Origin: Bacteroidota bacterium
GTDB lineage: Bacteria; Bacteroidota; Bacteroidia; J057; JAJTIE01
NCBI GenBank assembly: GCA_021300195.1
Contig: JAJTIE010000018.1
Location: 84,393 to 148,392 of the forward strand
Length of the DNA: 64,000 nucleotides
Direction of reading: 5' to 3'
In this document: piece after piece, positions 9,685 through 18,899 of the stretch
How the letters are laid out: every line of letters begins with the position of its first letter
Position numbering within the stretch: position 1 is the stretch's first letter
Made by a program: the position numbers and the translations under genes
Notes under the pieces: model-generated
Told to the model about the DNA's origin: nothing
What the model saw: the letters and a program-made list of their open reading frames with translations, nothing else
The model's database searches: none

Positions 9685-10137
9685 ATGAATAGCGTGAAGA
9701 CAATACTCCATTCGTTCTGCGGAAGATTTCTCCTGTCGTTGTTTTTCCTTGCCCTGGCTCTGCCCGCAGCCGCGCAAGATTATTCGGATGAAGATCTGGG
9801 CTTTGACGGAGGTGAAGCCACAGAGGTGCCCGCCCGAGACGAGGTGGAAGTTAGGGTGAACGGAAAGCCCTACCAGCTGCAACAGGAGATGGTATTTGAG
9901 CGCGAGCAGAAGATGGATCTGGCTGTATCCTACCTGAAACCCTGGAGCAAGGTACACATAGAGGTGCGCAAGGCTGGCAGTGTACTGGCACGCCAGAGCT
10001 ATGATGCTAATCAGGCAGGCCAACTGCAGCTGGAAGTAACCAGCGGCAGCCAAAAGGTGGGCGGCACCGTAGAGATCCGCTACATCACCAGTTCGGGCCG
10101 GGCTATTACCCGCACGTTTCGCATACTGGTGCGCTAG
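9685..10137 (+). CDS. Secreted hypothetical protein
   Basis: ATG at 9685 is preferred over TTG at 9676. Signal-peptide-like N-terminus (FLLSLFFLALALPAAAQ). No recognisable family. A TATCTTTG box lies 23 nt upstream. Confidence 0.55.
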   Translation: MNSVKTILHSFCGRFLLSLFFLALALPAAAQDYSDEDLGFDGGEATEVPARDEVEVRVNGKPYQLQQEMVFEREQKMDLAVSYLKPWSKVHIEVRKAGSVLARQSYDANQAGQLQLEVTSGSQKVGGTVEIRYITSSGRAITRTFRILVR

Positions 10138-10751
10138 CCCTTCTCCTGCCTGGTTCCGAATAGGCCAGGTGCAGGGATGCAAGCAAAGCTGCGCCTGTGC
10201 CAGGGGCTAAGCCCCACCCGCTGCAAGGCTTCTCTGTGCGCTCGGGTAGGGTAGCCCTTGTTCTGCGCCCAGCCATAGGCGGGGTATACAGGGTCCAGTT
10301 CCTCCATCAGTTCGTCCCGATAGGTTTTGGCCAGGATGCTGGCAGCAGCAATACTGGCATACTGGCGATCGCCCTTTACTACGCACACATGTGCTAGCCT
10401 GTGTGGCCGAAACCGGTTTCCGTCGATCAGCAGCAGGTCTGCCTCTATGCCCAGTGCCTCTATGGCCTCATGCATGGCGCTAAATGCTGCCTGCAAGATG
10501 TTTTCCCGGTCTATCTGCTGTACGGAGCACATGCCCAGCCCCCAGCACACGGCCTCGGCCAGGATGCGTTTTCGGGCTTCGTTCCGCTGCCTGCTAGTCA
10601 GTAGCTTGCTGTCTCGAATCAGTGGATCGGAAAAATCTGCGGGTAAAATAACCGCCGCCGCCACCACAGGCCCGGCCAGTGCGCCACGGCCCGCTTCGTC
10701 CACCCCTGCTTCTGTCAGCCCGGGCTGGTAGCAGCTCTTCAGTGCTTCCAC
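10134..10751 (-). CDS. rnhB: Ribonuclease HII
   Basis: 205 aa. GVDEAGRGALAGPVVAAAV active-site motif. GTG start. Confidence 0.9.
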   Translation of the reverse strand: MEALKSCYQPGLTEAGVDEAGRGALAGPVVAAAVILPADFSDPLIRDSKLLTSRQRNEARKRILAEAVCWGLGMCSVQQIDRENILQAAFSAMHEAIEALGIEADLLLIDGNRFRPHRLAHVCVVKGDRQYASIAAASILAKTYRDELMEELDPVYPAYGWAQNKGYPTRAHREALQRVGLSPWHRRSFACIPAPGLFGTRQEKG

Positions 10752-10764
10752 TTCCTCGCCACTG

Positions 10765-11625
10765 TTAGGCTTCGCGGTAGTCGTAAAAACCCTTGCCAGA
10801 TTTCTGCCCCCAGTGTCCTGCCTCCACCTTTTTCTGCTGCAGTCGGCTGGGCCGGAAGCGCGGAGCCTGGTAAAACTGCTCGTATAGGCTTTCGCTCACA
10901 CGGTGATTGGTATTTACCCCAATGAGGTCCATCAGCCGGAAGGGACCCATCCGGAACCCTGCATTCTCCAGCAGCTTGTCCACGGTCTCCACCCCACCTA
11001 TACCCGCTTCCACCAGCTCCAGGCTTTCCAGGTAGTAGTGGCGTGCCACACGGTTTACAATAAAGCCGGGCGTATCCTTCACCACTGCGGGTGTTTTGCC
11101 CCAGCTGCGGCACAGCTGTATGATCTGCGCCACCACGCCCGGATCTGTGGCCTCGGCAGCTATCACCTCCACCAGCTGCATCAGCGGTGCAGGGTTGAAA
11201 AAGTGCATGCCCACTACCCGCTCGGGCCGCTGCAGTCCGCCGGCAATCTGTGTTACCGGTATGCTGCTGGTGTTGGTGGCAAAGATGCTGTCGGCAGCGT
11301 TCTGCGCTTCCAGCTGTCGGAATAGATCCTGCTTGTACTCCAGCTTTTCGGGTATGGCCTCTATCATTAACGGGCCCACCAGTTCGTGCACATGCACCGT
11401 GTATTCTATGCGATTCAATAGATCCAGCCGCTGCGCAGCGGTCATTTTGCCCCGTTCCACCCCCTTTTGCGTAAAGTCCTCTATTTTCTCCTGGGCATTG
11501 GCCAGCACCTGTTCATTTACGTCGTACACCAGCACCTCGGCACCTGCCGTGGCAGCCACCAGGGCTATACCCTGACCCATGATGCCTCCGCCTGCTATCC
11601 CTACTTTTGTCCCAATCTTGCTCAT
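10765..11625 (-). CDS. 3-hydroxyacyl-CoA / 3-hydroxybutyryl-CoA dehydrogenase
   Basis: 286 aa. Rossmann motif GIAGGGIMGQGIA, NTSS substrate motif, and C-terminal GxKSGKGFY, all typical of the HBD/FadB N-terminal family. Confidence 0.85.
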   Translation of the reverse strand: MSKIGTKVGIAGGGIMGQGIALVAATAGAEVLVYDVNEQVLANAQEKIEDFTQKGVERGKMTAAQRLDLLNRIEYTVHVHELVGPLMIEAIPEKLEYKQDLFRQLEAQNAADSIFATNTSSIPVTQIAGGLQRPERVVGMHFFNPAPLMQLVEVIAAEATDPGVVAQIIQLCRSWGKTPAVVKDTPGFIVNRVARHYYLESLELVEAGIGGVETVDKLLENAGFRMGPFRLMDLIGVNTNHRVSESLYEQFYQAPRFRPSRLQQKKVEAGHWGQKSGKGFYDYREA

Positions 11626-11909
11626 CCTGCCAAAATACAGGATATGCGGTAAAGCAGCCCGGCCTAGCCCTCAAAAAGCAAAAAAAGAGGTGGGTAGCTC
11701 AGGCTTTATGCTCCTCTTTGCCCATCTTTTGCGTCAGGATAGTCTTGCCGCTTTTGATGGCCGCCCAGCCAGCCTGTGGCCATCCAGGCTCCAGATAAGC
11801 AGATTTTGGGCTCGAGCCAGTGCATCCTGCCACATCCGGAAGCCCAGTTTGTGGCTTTTCGCACAGGGGAGGCAAATTTCTTATCTTGCGACAAGCTTAA
11901 TCTCGGACC

Positions 11910-13205
11910 ATGCAATACATTGAACAGCTCGCATTTGCCCTGCTGCTGGTGCTCAGCCTCGGTTTTTTTGCCCGCACATTCTACAAAATCATCCGAAACA
12001 TTGGCCTGGGCCGAAGTGAGCCCATGGATCGTAGTCTGGGCACCATGCTGCGTGTGGCCCTGGGCCAGCAGAAGATGGTGGTACGCCCCATACCCGCCGC
12101 CCTACACCTGTGTGTGTACCTGGGTTTTCTGATCATCAACATCGAGATTGTCGAGATCATCCTGGATGGCCTGCTGGGTACGCAGCGCATCCTGGGCGGG
12201 CTGCTAGGGCCGGTGTACAGCCTGGTTACTGCCGGGGCCGAGGTGTTCTTCCTGCTTGCACTCCTGGCTACGGTTATCTTTCTGCTCCGCCGCAATGTGC
12301 TGAAGCTCCGTCGGTTTAGTGGTACTGAAATGAGCAGCTGGCCCCGGCTGGATGCCAATATCATCCTCTGGACAGAGATCGTGCTTATCCTGGCCCTGGT
12401 GGTGATGAATGCCAGCTACCAGGCCTATCATCAAAAAGCAGGCGAGGAGCTGTATGGCAGCTATCCCCTTACCCACGTCCTGGTGCCTGCCTTTATGGGT
12501 TTTGAGGTCTCCAGCCTGCACCTGATAGAGCGCCTGGCGTGGTGGCTGCACATTGTGGGCATCCTCCTTTTCCTCAACTACATCCCGTGCAGCAAGCACT
12601 TCCATATCATGATGGCTTTTCCCAACACCTACTTTACACGCCAGCGGCCCAAGGGATACTTTCCGCTAAACGCGCAGGTGAAGCAGGAGGTGGCCCTGAT
12701 GCTGGACCCTGGCGCTACAGCCCCCGCCGCCCCAGCGGAACCCCAAACCTTTGGGGCAAAGGACATCTTTGACCTGAGCCGCAAGAACCTGATGGATGCT
12801 TACACCTGCACCGAGTGTGGCCGCTGTACCAGCGAGTGCCCAGCCAACCTGACGGGCAAGAAGCTGAGCCCCCGAAAAATAATGATGGATACCCGCGACC
12901 GTATGGAGGAGGTGGGTGCCCAGCTGGACAAGCAAAAGAAGTGGCAGGATGACGGAAAAACCCTGCACGACCGAATAAGCGCCGAAGAGCTGTGGGCCTG
13001 CACCAGCTGCAATGCCTGTGTACAGGCTTGCCCGGTGAACATCAACCCGCTGGATATTATCCTGAAGATGCGCCAGTACCTGGTGATGGAGCAGAGCCAG
13101 GCACCCGAAGCTCTGATGGCTATGTTTACCAACATTGAAAACAACGGAGCACCCTGGCCCATGTCCGCCAGCGACCGCTTTAACTGGGCCCAGACAGGTG
13201 CTTAG
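11910..13205 (+). CDS. Membrane-integral (Fe-S)-binding oxidoreductase subunit (HdrC/DsrK-like 2x[4Fe-4S] domain fused to a multi-TM domain)
   Basis: 431 aa. About 5-6 hydrophobic helices with conserved His (WWLHIVGILLFLNYIPCSKHFHI), followed by two ferredoxin motifs, CTECGRCTSECP and CTSCNACVQACP. Confidence 0.75.
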   Translation: MQYIEQLAFALLLVLSLGFFARTFYKIIRNIGLGRSEPMDRSLGTMLRVALGQQKMVVRPIPAALHLCVYLGFLIINIEIVEIILDGLLGTQRILGGLLGPVYSLVTAGAEVFFLLALLATVIFLLRRNVLKLRRFSGTEMSSWPRLDANIILWTEIVLILALVVMNASYQAYHQKAGEELYGSYPLTHVLVPAFMGFEVSSLHLIERLAWWLHIVGILLFLNYIPCSKHFHIMMAFPNTYFTRQRPKGYFPLNAQVKQEVALMLDPGATAPAAPAEPQTFGAKDIFDLSRKNLMDAYTCTECGRCTSECPANLTGKKLSPRKIMMDTRDRMEEVGAQLDKQKKWQDDGKTLHDRISAEELWACTSCNACVQACPVNINPLDIILKMRQYLVMEQSQAPEALMAMFTNIENNGAPWPMSASDRFNWAQTGA

Positions 13206-13238
13206 TCCAACGGAAATCCATAAAAAAACAGGAAAAAC

Positions 13239-14018
13239 ATGGAAAAAATAAAGACGATGGCCGAGCTGGCTGCCGAAGGCCGAACCCCCGAAATCCTGTT
13301 TTGGGTGGGCTGTGCCGGCAGCTTTGACGACCGGGCACAGCGCGTTACGCGTGCCTTTGTGCAGATACTCCAGCATTTGCAGATCGACTTTGCCGTACTA
13401 GGCCCGGAGGAAAGCTGCACTGGCGACCCCGCCAAGCGCGCCGGAAATGAGTTTCTCTTCCAGATGCAGGCCAGCACCAACATACAGGTACTGAATGGCT
13501 ATGGCATCCACACCATCGTAACCACCTGCCCGCATTGCTTCAACACGCTAAAGAACGAGTACCCCGAACTGGGCGGAAACTACACGGTGCTGCACCACAG
13601 CAGCTACCTACAGCAGCTACTGGATGCCGGAAAGCTGCGGGTGCAGGGGGGTGCCTACAAGGGCAAGCGCATAACCTGGCACGACAGCTGCTACCTGGGC
13701 CGCGCCAACGACATCTATGATGCGCCACGTAACCTGATAGAAGCCCTGGATGCTGACCTGGTGGAGATGAAGCGCTGCCGTAGCAAGGGCCTGTGCTGCG
13801 GTGCCGGGGGTGCCCAGATGTTTAAGGATGCGGAAAAGGGCAACAAGGAGATCAACATAGCGCGTACCGAAGAGGCGATAGAAACCCAGGCAGAGATTAT
13901 CGCTGTGGGGTGCCCCTTCTGCAGCACCATGATGACCGACGGTACCAAGCATTTTGAGAAACAGGACAGCCTGAAAGTGATGGATCTGGCAGAACTGCTG
14001 GCACAGGATCTTTCCTGA
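13239..14018 (+). CDS. CCG-domain (cysteine-rich, HdrD/GlpC/LutA-like) Fe-S oxidoreductase subunit
   Basis: 259 aa. Two CCG-type modules (VGCAGSF...CPHC and CYLGR...GLCCGAGG...GCPFC). It lies 33 nt downstream of its presumed partner. Confidence 0.75.
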   Translation: MEKIKTMAELAAEGRTPEILFWVGCAGSFDDRAQRVTRAFVQILQHLQIDFAVLGPEESCTGDPAKRAGNEFLFQMQASTNIQVLNGYGIHTIVTTCPHCFNTLKNEYPELGGNYTVLHHSSYLQQLLDAGKLRVQGGAYKGKRITWHDSCYLGRANDIYDAPRNLIEALDADLVEMKRCRSKGLCCGAGGAQMFKDAEKGNKEINIARTEEAIETQAEIIAVGCPFCSTMMTDGTKHFEKQDSLKVMDLAELLAQDLS

Positions 14019-14105
14019 TTGTCTTTGCTATTCCCTCGCTATTCTCGCATCCGGTTCTATCCCCGCCTTCGGTTTGTGGCCCGGCAGCACCAGCCGCTGG
14101 CTCCC

Positions 14106-15929
14106 CTAGGGATTACCGGGCATGGCCCGTATGCGCTTCCGGGCTTCCACCTTATACAGGCTGGCCGGGTACTGTACCAGCAGGTCTAGGTACAGCTTGC
14201 GGGCTGTCTCTGCATCTTTTAGCTGAAACTGATAGAGATCGGCCTTGGTAAACAGGGCTTCATCTGCTCGCACGCTTTGCGGAAATTGCTGTAGCAGTCG
14301 GTCCAGATAACGAATAGCCTCCTCCAGCTTGCCCATGTTCAGGTAGATGGAGGATTTCGTAAAGTAGATGTCGTCTTCCAGCGCATGGCCCGGAAAACCC
14401 AGTAGTATGCTGTCCAGCAGCTGCAGGGCCGCTGCATCCTGGTGCTGGTAGGCCAGCAGCTCGGCCTGGGCAAACTGCTCCAGCGCAACGGTGCCAGTGT
14501 CTAGGCCGGTATTGTCCTGTATGGTCAGGTACAGCCGGATGGCATCGTTGGCAATGTCGTTTTCGGGCCGCTCTTTCAGCACCTTCAGGTAGGCCTGCGC
14601 ATCGGCAAACCGGCCGGTGAAGTACTGCAGTCGCGCCTGCCTGTACCGTGCCTGTGCGCCCACCTGGTCTTCCTTGAAGTCTTCCAGCACCTTTTTGTAT
14701 TGGATTTCGGCCTTCAGCCGCTCGCCCTGTAGCAGCAGCACATCGCCCAGCAGCAGCCGTGCAGTCGCTTTATCGCTGGGGGCAATGGGAAGCTGTTCTA
14801 TCACTGCCAGCTCTTGTAGGGCCACCTCCGGCTCCTGTAGGTAGAAGGCACAGAGCCGTGCCTTTCGGTACAGCAGCTCGCGCATCTGTGGGTTTCGGCC
14901 GTAGCGCAGCAGCAGGGCATCGTAGTTCTGCACGGCCTTGCGCAGTGCTGTGGTATCCAGCGGCTTGCTGGCAAAGGCAATCAGCTCCAGGTTTTTGGCC
15001 TGCTCGCCCAGTGCTTGCACGTAGTAGGGGTTTTGGCGCTGGGCTGTGGTAATGGTGGCAAAGGCTTCGTTGCTCAGCAGGTACTGCTCGTTCTGCTGCA
15101 GGATGACGCCCAATTCATATAGCCGCTTCCCCTGCTCCTGCAGCTGCCTGTCTAGCGCGCGGGCCTGCCGCAGGGCAGCTTCGTAGTGTTCGGTCTGCAC
15201 ATAGAAGTCGTATAGCCATTCGGGCAGCTGCCGGTCCTCGGGCAGTTTGGCCATTCGTTGTATGATTCCGGTCTCTATGTCCTTTTGGTAGGCCGCTGTT
15301 TCCGCCATCCCCAGTAGTTGGCTACGCACCATGCTGGCCTGTTCGGGCTGCGCCCGGTAGTAGTCTATAAGGGCCTTGGTGGCCGCCAGGTAGTCATTTT
15401 TGTACCGATACACATAGCTTAGCTCCAGTGCAAAGCGGTCTGCCACCCCTGCTGCCCCGCTGGCGGCTACATAGGTGGCTTCGGCGGCTTCGTACTGCTG
15501 GTTGGCCAGCAGGTAGCTGCCCAGCATGCGGTACTCGGCCTCGTTTCGGCAGGCAGCTATAGCGTCTTTCATGCGGCTGTCGGCTTCCTGCGTTTTGCCC
15601 AGCTGCGCTAGTACCTGGCTTTCCAGTGCCACTACTACGGCTCGGGGGTCCTTGCGCTGGGCCTTGCGCAGGGCTACCAGGGCTTCATCTCCTGCGCCGG
15701 TCTTTACGTAGCTGTCTGTCAGCCGCTTCAGCACCTCAAAGTCTAGCGGACTTTTCTTGTGCAGGCGTTCATAGATCGGGATGGCCTTTTCGTACGTTCC
15801 GTCCAGGTAGTATGCGTGCGCCAGTTTTTCCTCGGCATCTGCCTGCGCCCGTACGCCGGATACACAGCCCATCTGCAAGAAAAAAACCAGCAGGATAAAC
15901 CTGGCAACCTGGCTAAGTGGTGATATCAT
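14106..15929 (-). CDS. Secreted tetratricopeptide (TPR) repeat protein
   Basis: ATG at 15929 (MISPLSQVARFILLVFFLQMGCVSGVRAQ, signal-like) is preferred over GTG at 15953. TPR-like 34-aa periodicity (A..Y.....Y..A) runs throughout. Confidence 0.7.
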   Translation of the reverse strand: MISPLSQVARFILLVFFLQMGCVSGVRAQADAEEKLAHAYYLDGTYEKAIPIYERLHKKSPLDFEVLKRLTDSYVKTGAGDEALVALRKAQRKDPRAVVVALESQVLAQLGKTQEADSRMKDAIAACRNEAEYRMLGSYLLANQQYEAAEATYVAASGAAGVADRFALELSYVYRYKNDYLAATKALIDYYRAQPEQASMVRSQLLGMAETAAYQKDIETGIIQRMAKLPEDRQLPEWLYDFYVQTEHYEAALRQARALDRQLQEQGKRLYELGVILQQNEQYLLSNEAFATITTAQRQNPYYVQALGEQAKNLELIAFASKPLDTTALRKAVQNYDALLLRYGRNPQMRELLYRKARLCAFYLQEPEVALQELAVIEQLPIAPSDKATARLLLGDVLLLQGERLKAEIQYKKVLEDFKEDQVGAQARYRQARLQYFTGRFADAQAYLKVLKERPENDIANDAIRLYLTIQDNTGLDTGTVALEQFAQAELLAYQHQDAAALQLLDSILLGFPGHALEDDIYFTKSSIYLNMGKLEEAIRYLDRLLQQFPQSVRADEALFTKADLYQFQLKDAETARKLYLDLLVQYPASLYKVEARKRIRAMPGNP

Positions 15930-16069
15930 ACAGCTAAGAAACGCAAAATCCACCCCGCCAGTTTTGTTTCTCCGGTGTATCTGCCAGCGCGCACCTTTGT
16001 TTTTATCGGCTACTGCCTCTTTCCCGTCTTCCTTCTATCTCACAGGCCGTCCTCTTTGTATCCGCGTTT

Positions 16070-17029
16070 CTACTCGCTGTACACACCCATTTGGGCAAAT
16101 TTTTCGATGCGCTGGCTCAGTAGTTCTTCTGTGCTTAGCTCGCGCAGCTGCTTTAGTTCTTTGGTGATGCGGTTTTTTAGCGTCTTGTACATGGCCGTTG
16201 GGTCTCTGTGCGCACCCCCTAGCGGCTCGGCTATTACGCCATCCACGATGCCGAGGGCCTTATTGTCATTGGCGGTCAGCTTCAGTGCCTCGGCAGCCAC
16301 CTCCTTGTAGTCCCAGCTGCGCCACAGGATGCTGCTACAGCTCTCCGGGCTTATCACGCTATACCAGGTGTTCTCCAGCATCAGCACACGGTCGCCCACG
16401 CCTATGCCCAGCGCGCCCCCACTTGCCCCCTCGCCGATGACAATGCACAGGATGGGTACGCGTAGTACGGCCATTTCCATCAGGTTTTTTGCAATGGCTT
16501 CGGCTTGGCCGTATTCCTCGGCATGCAGGCCCGGGTAGGCCCCCGGCGTGTCGATGAGGGTAACGACGGGCAGGCCGAATTTTTCGGCCATCTTCATCAG
16601 GCGTAGGGCCTTGCGGTAGCCCTCGGGGTTGGCCATGCCGAAGTTTCGGTACTGTCGGCTCTTGGTGTCTCGGCCCTTCTGGTGTCCAATTATTACCACC
16701 CGGTCGGTGCCGATCTTGGCTAGCCCGCCCACGATGGCCTTGTCGTCTCCGCCGCTACGGTCGCCATGCAGTTCTATGAAATTACTCGTTATGGCATAGA
16801 TGTAGTCCAGCGTGTAGGGCCTATTGGGGTGCCGTGCCAGCTGTACGCGCTGCCAGCCACTCAGGTTGCTGTAGATCTTTTTCTTCAGGTCCGAGATCTT
16901 TTTTTCCAAGGCTTCTATGGTTTCGTCCATATTCACCTGGTTCTGCTCTGCCAGCGACTTTACATCCTGCAGCTTCGACTCCAGTTCAGAAATGGGTTGC
17001 TCAAAATCCAGTGCGGTTGGTGTAGCCAT
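16070..17029 (-). CDS. accA: Acetyl-CoA carboxylase carboxyltransferase subunit alpha
   Basis: 319 aa. LDFEQPI.ELE..., [24 protein letters not shown], and [15 protein letters not shown]. Confidence 0.92.
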   Translation of the reverse strand: MATPTALDFEQPISELESKLQDVKSLAEQNQVNMDETIEALEKKISDLKKKIYSNLSGWQRVQLARHPNRPYTLDYIYAITSNFIELHGDRSGGDDKAIVGGLAKIGTDRVVIIGHQKGRDTKSRQYRNFGMANPEGYRKALRLMKMAEKFGLPVVTLIDTPGAYPGLHAEEYGQAEAIAKNLMEMAVLRVPILCIVIGEGASGGALGIGVGDRVLMLENTWYSVISPESCSSILWRSWDYKEVAAEALKLTANDNKALGIVDGVIAEPLGGAHRDPTAMYKTLKNRITKELKQLRELSTEELLSQRIEKFAQMGVYSE

Positions 17030-17204
17030 CTAAACGGGTTTTGTTTTAATGTACGCTCTATCATTCACCGGCCAGGCATATAGTGCCCGGCTATCAGGTA
17101 GCCCCAGGCCTTGCAAGGCACCGCCCCCTCCGGCATAAAGGCGAAGCAGAGAAAGGGAACACCTGCACAAGGGGCGAATATACAGATAAATAGGCTCGGC
17201 TGCC

Positions 17205-17212
17205 TACCTTTG
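17205..17212 (+). promoter_or_regulatory. -7 box (TACCTTTG), 4 nt from ATG 17217
   Basis: Exact TAnnTTTG match, then the spacer CTGC, then the ATG of the EamA transporter. Confidence 0.45.
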
Positions 17213-17216
17213 CTGC

Positions 17217-18062
17217 ATGATCCCTGCAGGCGTACGCTACATGTTTATGGCCACCCTGTTCTTCAGCCTGATGAACATAACGGTGAAACGCCTGAGCTAC
17301 CTGCCCACGGTGGAGCTAATGTTTTTCCGATCCATCATTTCTGCCACGGTTACTTTTTACCAGCTACGCAGGCTGGGCATTGCGCCCCTAGGCGTACACC
17401 GGCGGAACCTGATTTTGCGGGGTGCTTTTGGCAGCCTGGGTTTGTTTGCTTACTTCTTCTCCTTGCAGTACATGCCCTTGGCGTCTGCCGTTACCCTCCA
17501 GTATCTGGCTCCCATATTTGCCGTGATATTGGGTGCGCTGCTGCTGGGGGAGGGCCTATCCCTCGCACGTTGGTGTCTGCTACTACTGGCCTTTATGGGG
17601 GTGGTGCTCATTAGCGACTTCGATCCCCGTATCTCCCCTACCGAGCTGGGCATCGCCCTCATCGGCGCGCTATCGGGCGGGGCTGCCTATTTCATGATCC
17701 GCATGCTGCGCAAAACAGACCATCCACTGGTGGTGGTATTGTATTTCCCCCTCGTTTCGCTACCCATTGTAGCACCCCTGTCGCTACCGGTGTGGGTGTG
17801 GCCGGCCAGCTGGATGGATGCACTCATTGTCCTCATTATGGGCCTTACTACCCAGTTGGCCCAGGTAAACCTCACCAAGGCATATCAGGCCGAGCCAGCA
17901 GGCAATGTGTCGGTGGTGGCTTATCTGGGTGCCGTGCTGGCACTCATCTTTGGTTTTCTGCTCTGGGGCGAAACCTACCACTGGATCAGCCTGCTGGGTA
18001 TCCTGCTGGTAGTGGCCAGTGTGGCTGTTAGTATGTTCTTAAAAGTACATAAGCCGGTATGA
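17217..18062 (+). CDS. EamA/DMT-family transporter
   Basis: 281 aa with about 10 hydrophobic helices in two EamA-like halves. A TACCTTTG box ends 4 nt before the ATG. Confidence 0.75.
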   Translation: MIPAGVRYMFMATLFFSLMNITVKRLSYLPTVELMFFRSIISATVTFYQLRRLGIAPLGVHRRNLILRGAFGSLGLFAYFFSLQYMPLASAVTLQYLAPIFAVILGALLLGEGLSLARWCLLLLAFMGVVLISDFDPRISPTELGIALIGALSGGAAYFMIRMLRKTDHPLVVVLYFPLVSLPIVAPLSLPVWVWPASWMDALIVLIMGLTTQLAQVNLTKAYQAEPAGNVSVVAYLGAVLALIFGFLLWGETYHWISLLGILLVVASVAVSMFLKVHKPV

Positions 18063-18718
18063 TACGATTCCGCACAACACATCAACGACTGCTTTTTTTC
18101 CTTTTTACGCTCCTTGCGATTGTCGTAGTGGACGGCTTTTTTACAGGCCTGGTGTACGACACGATCTTCAGTTTTGCCTACTGTCTTATCCTCGTGCAGG
18201 GCCCCTACATCATCTATCGTCGTCGGTGGCACTGGTTGGTTTTCAGTATGCTGATTTTTTCAAGCTGGGGTTTTCAGCTACTGGCCAAGCTACTGGCCAG
18301 TAGCTCCCTCGGAATTTTAAGTTCTATAAACTGGACCATTTTTAATGGATATGTTGCCTGGCTGATGCTGCGATACACCCTACGTACCGAGCGGGTAGGT
18401 CGAGACCATCTTCTGGTGGTAGTTATTACGTATATCCTCATCGGCCTAACGTATGCCTGTGCTTACACTACGCTGGAGTACCTGGATCCTCAGTCTTTTA
18501 ACATTGACTTTGCCACTGCAATCAGCGAGGTAGAGATATGGCAGCAGTTGCTCTACTTCAGTTATATGACACTAGGGTCCGTGGGCTATGGCGACATTCT
18601 TCCCCAGACCCATTTCTCCCGCATGCTGGCCATCTCCGAGGCGATAGCCGGCATTATGTTCATGGCCATCTTTGTAGCCCGCATGGTTTCCCTCTATGCG
18701 GCGGAGCGCGATCGTTAG
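18059..18718 (+). CDS. Potassium-channel-like membrane protein (pore-loop ion channel), paralog 1
   Basis: 219 aa. Selectivity-filter-like TLGSVGYGD sits between two hydrophobic helices and is preceded by about 4 more helices. ATGA overlap with the EamA stop (18059-18062). Confidence 0.7.
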   Translation: MIRFRTTHQRLLFFLFTLLAIVVVDGFFTGLVYDTIFSFAYCLILVQGPYIIYRRRWHWLVFSMLIFSSWGFQLLAKLLASSSLGILSSINWTIFNGYVAWLMLRYTLRTERVGRDHLLVVVITYILIGLTYACAYTTLEYLDPQSFNIDFATAISEVEIWQQLLYFSYMTLGSVGYGDILPQTHFSRMLAISEAIAGIMFMAIFVARMVSLYAAERDR

Positions 18719-18797
18719 TTAGTCTGTCACTACGTTCTGTATAGTCTGCTGCACTACAGCAGTGCCGCCAGGGCCAGTGTCTGCCGGGTAGGCAGCT

Positions 18798-18805
18798 TAT
18801 CTTTG
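18798..18805 (+). promoter_or_regulatory. -7 box (TATCTTTG) between the two channel paralogs
   Basis: Exact TAnnTTTG match, 94 nt before ATG 18900. It is preceded by a small hairpin, CTGCC-gggta-GGCAG (18781-18795). Confidence 0.35.
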
Positions 18806-18899
18806 GTTTTGTTTTTATGGCGAAGCCTACTACGGCCCCAGCCCCGCCGGGTAGCCCATAGGCAGCGCCCATCCCGCCCACAAGTAATACCCATGCGCT

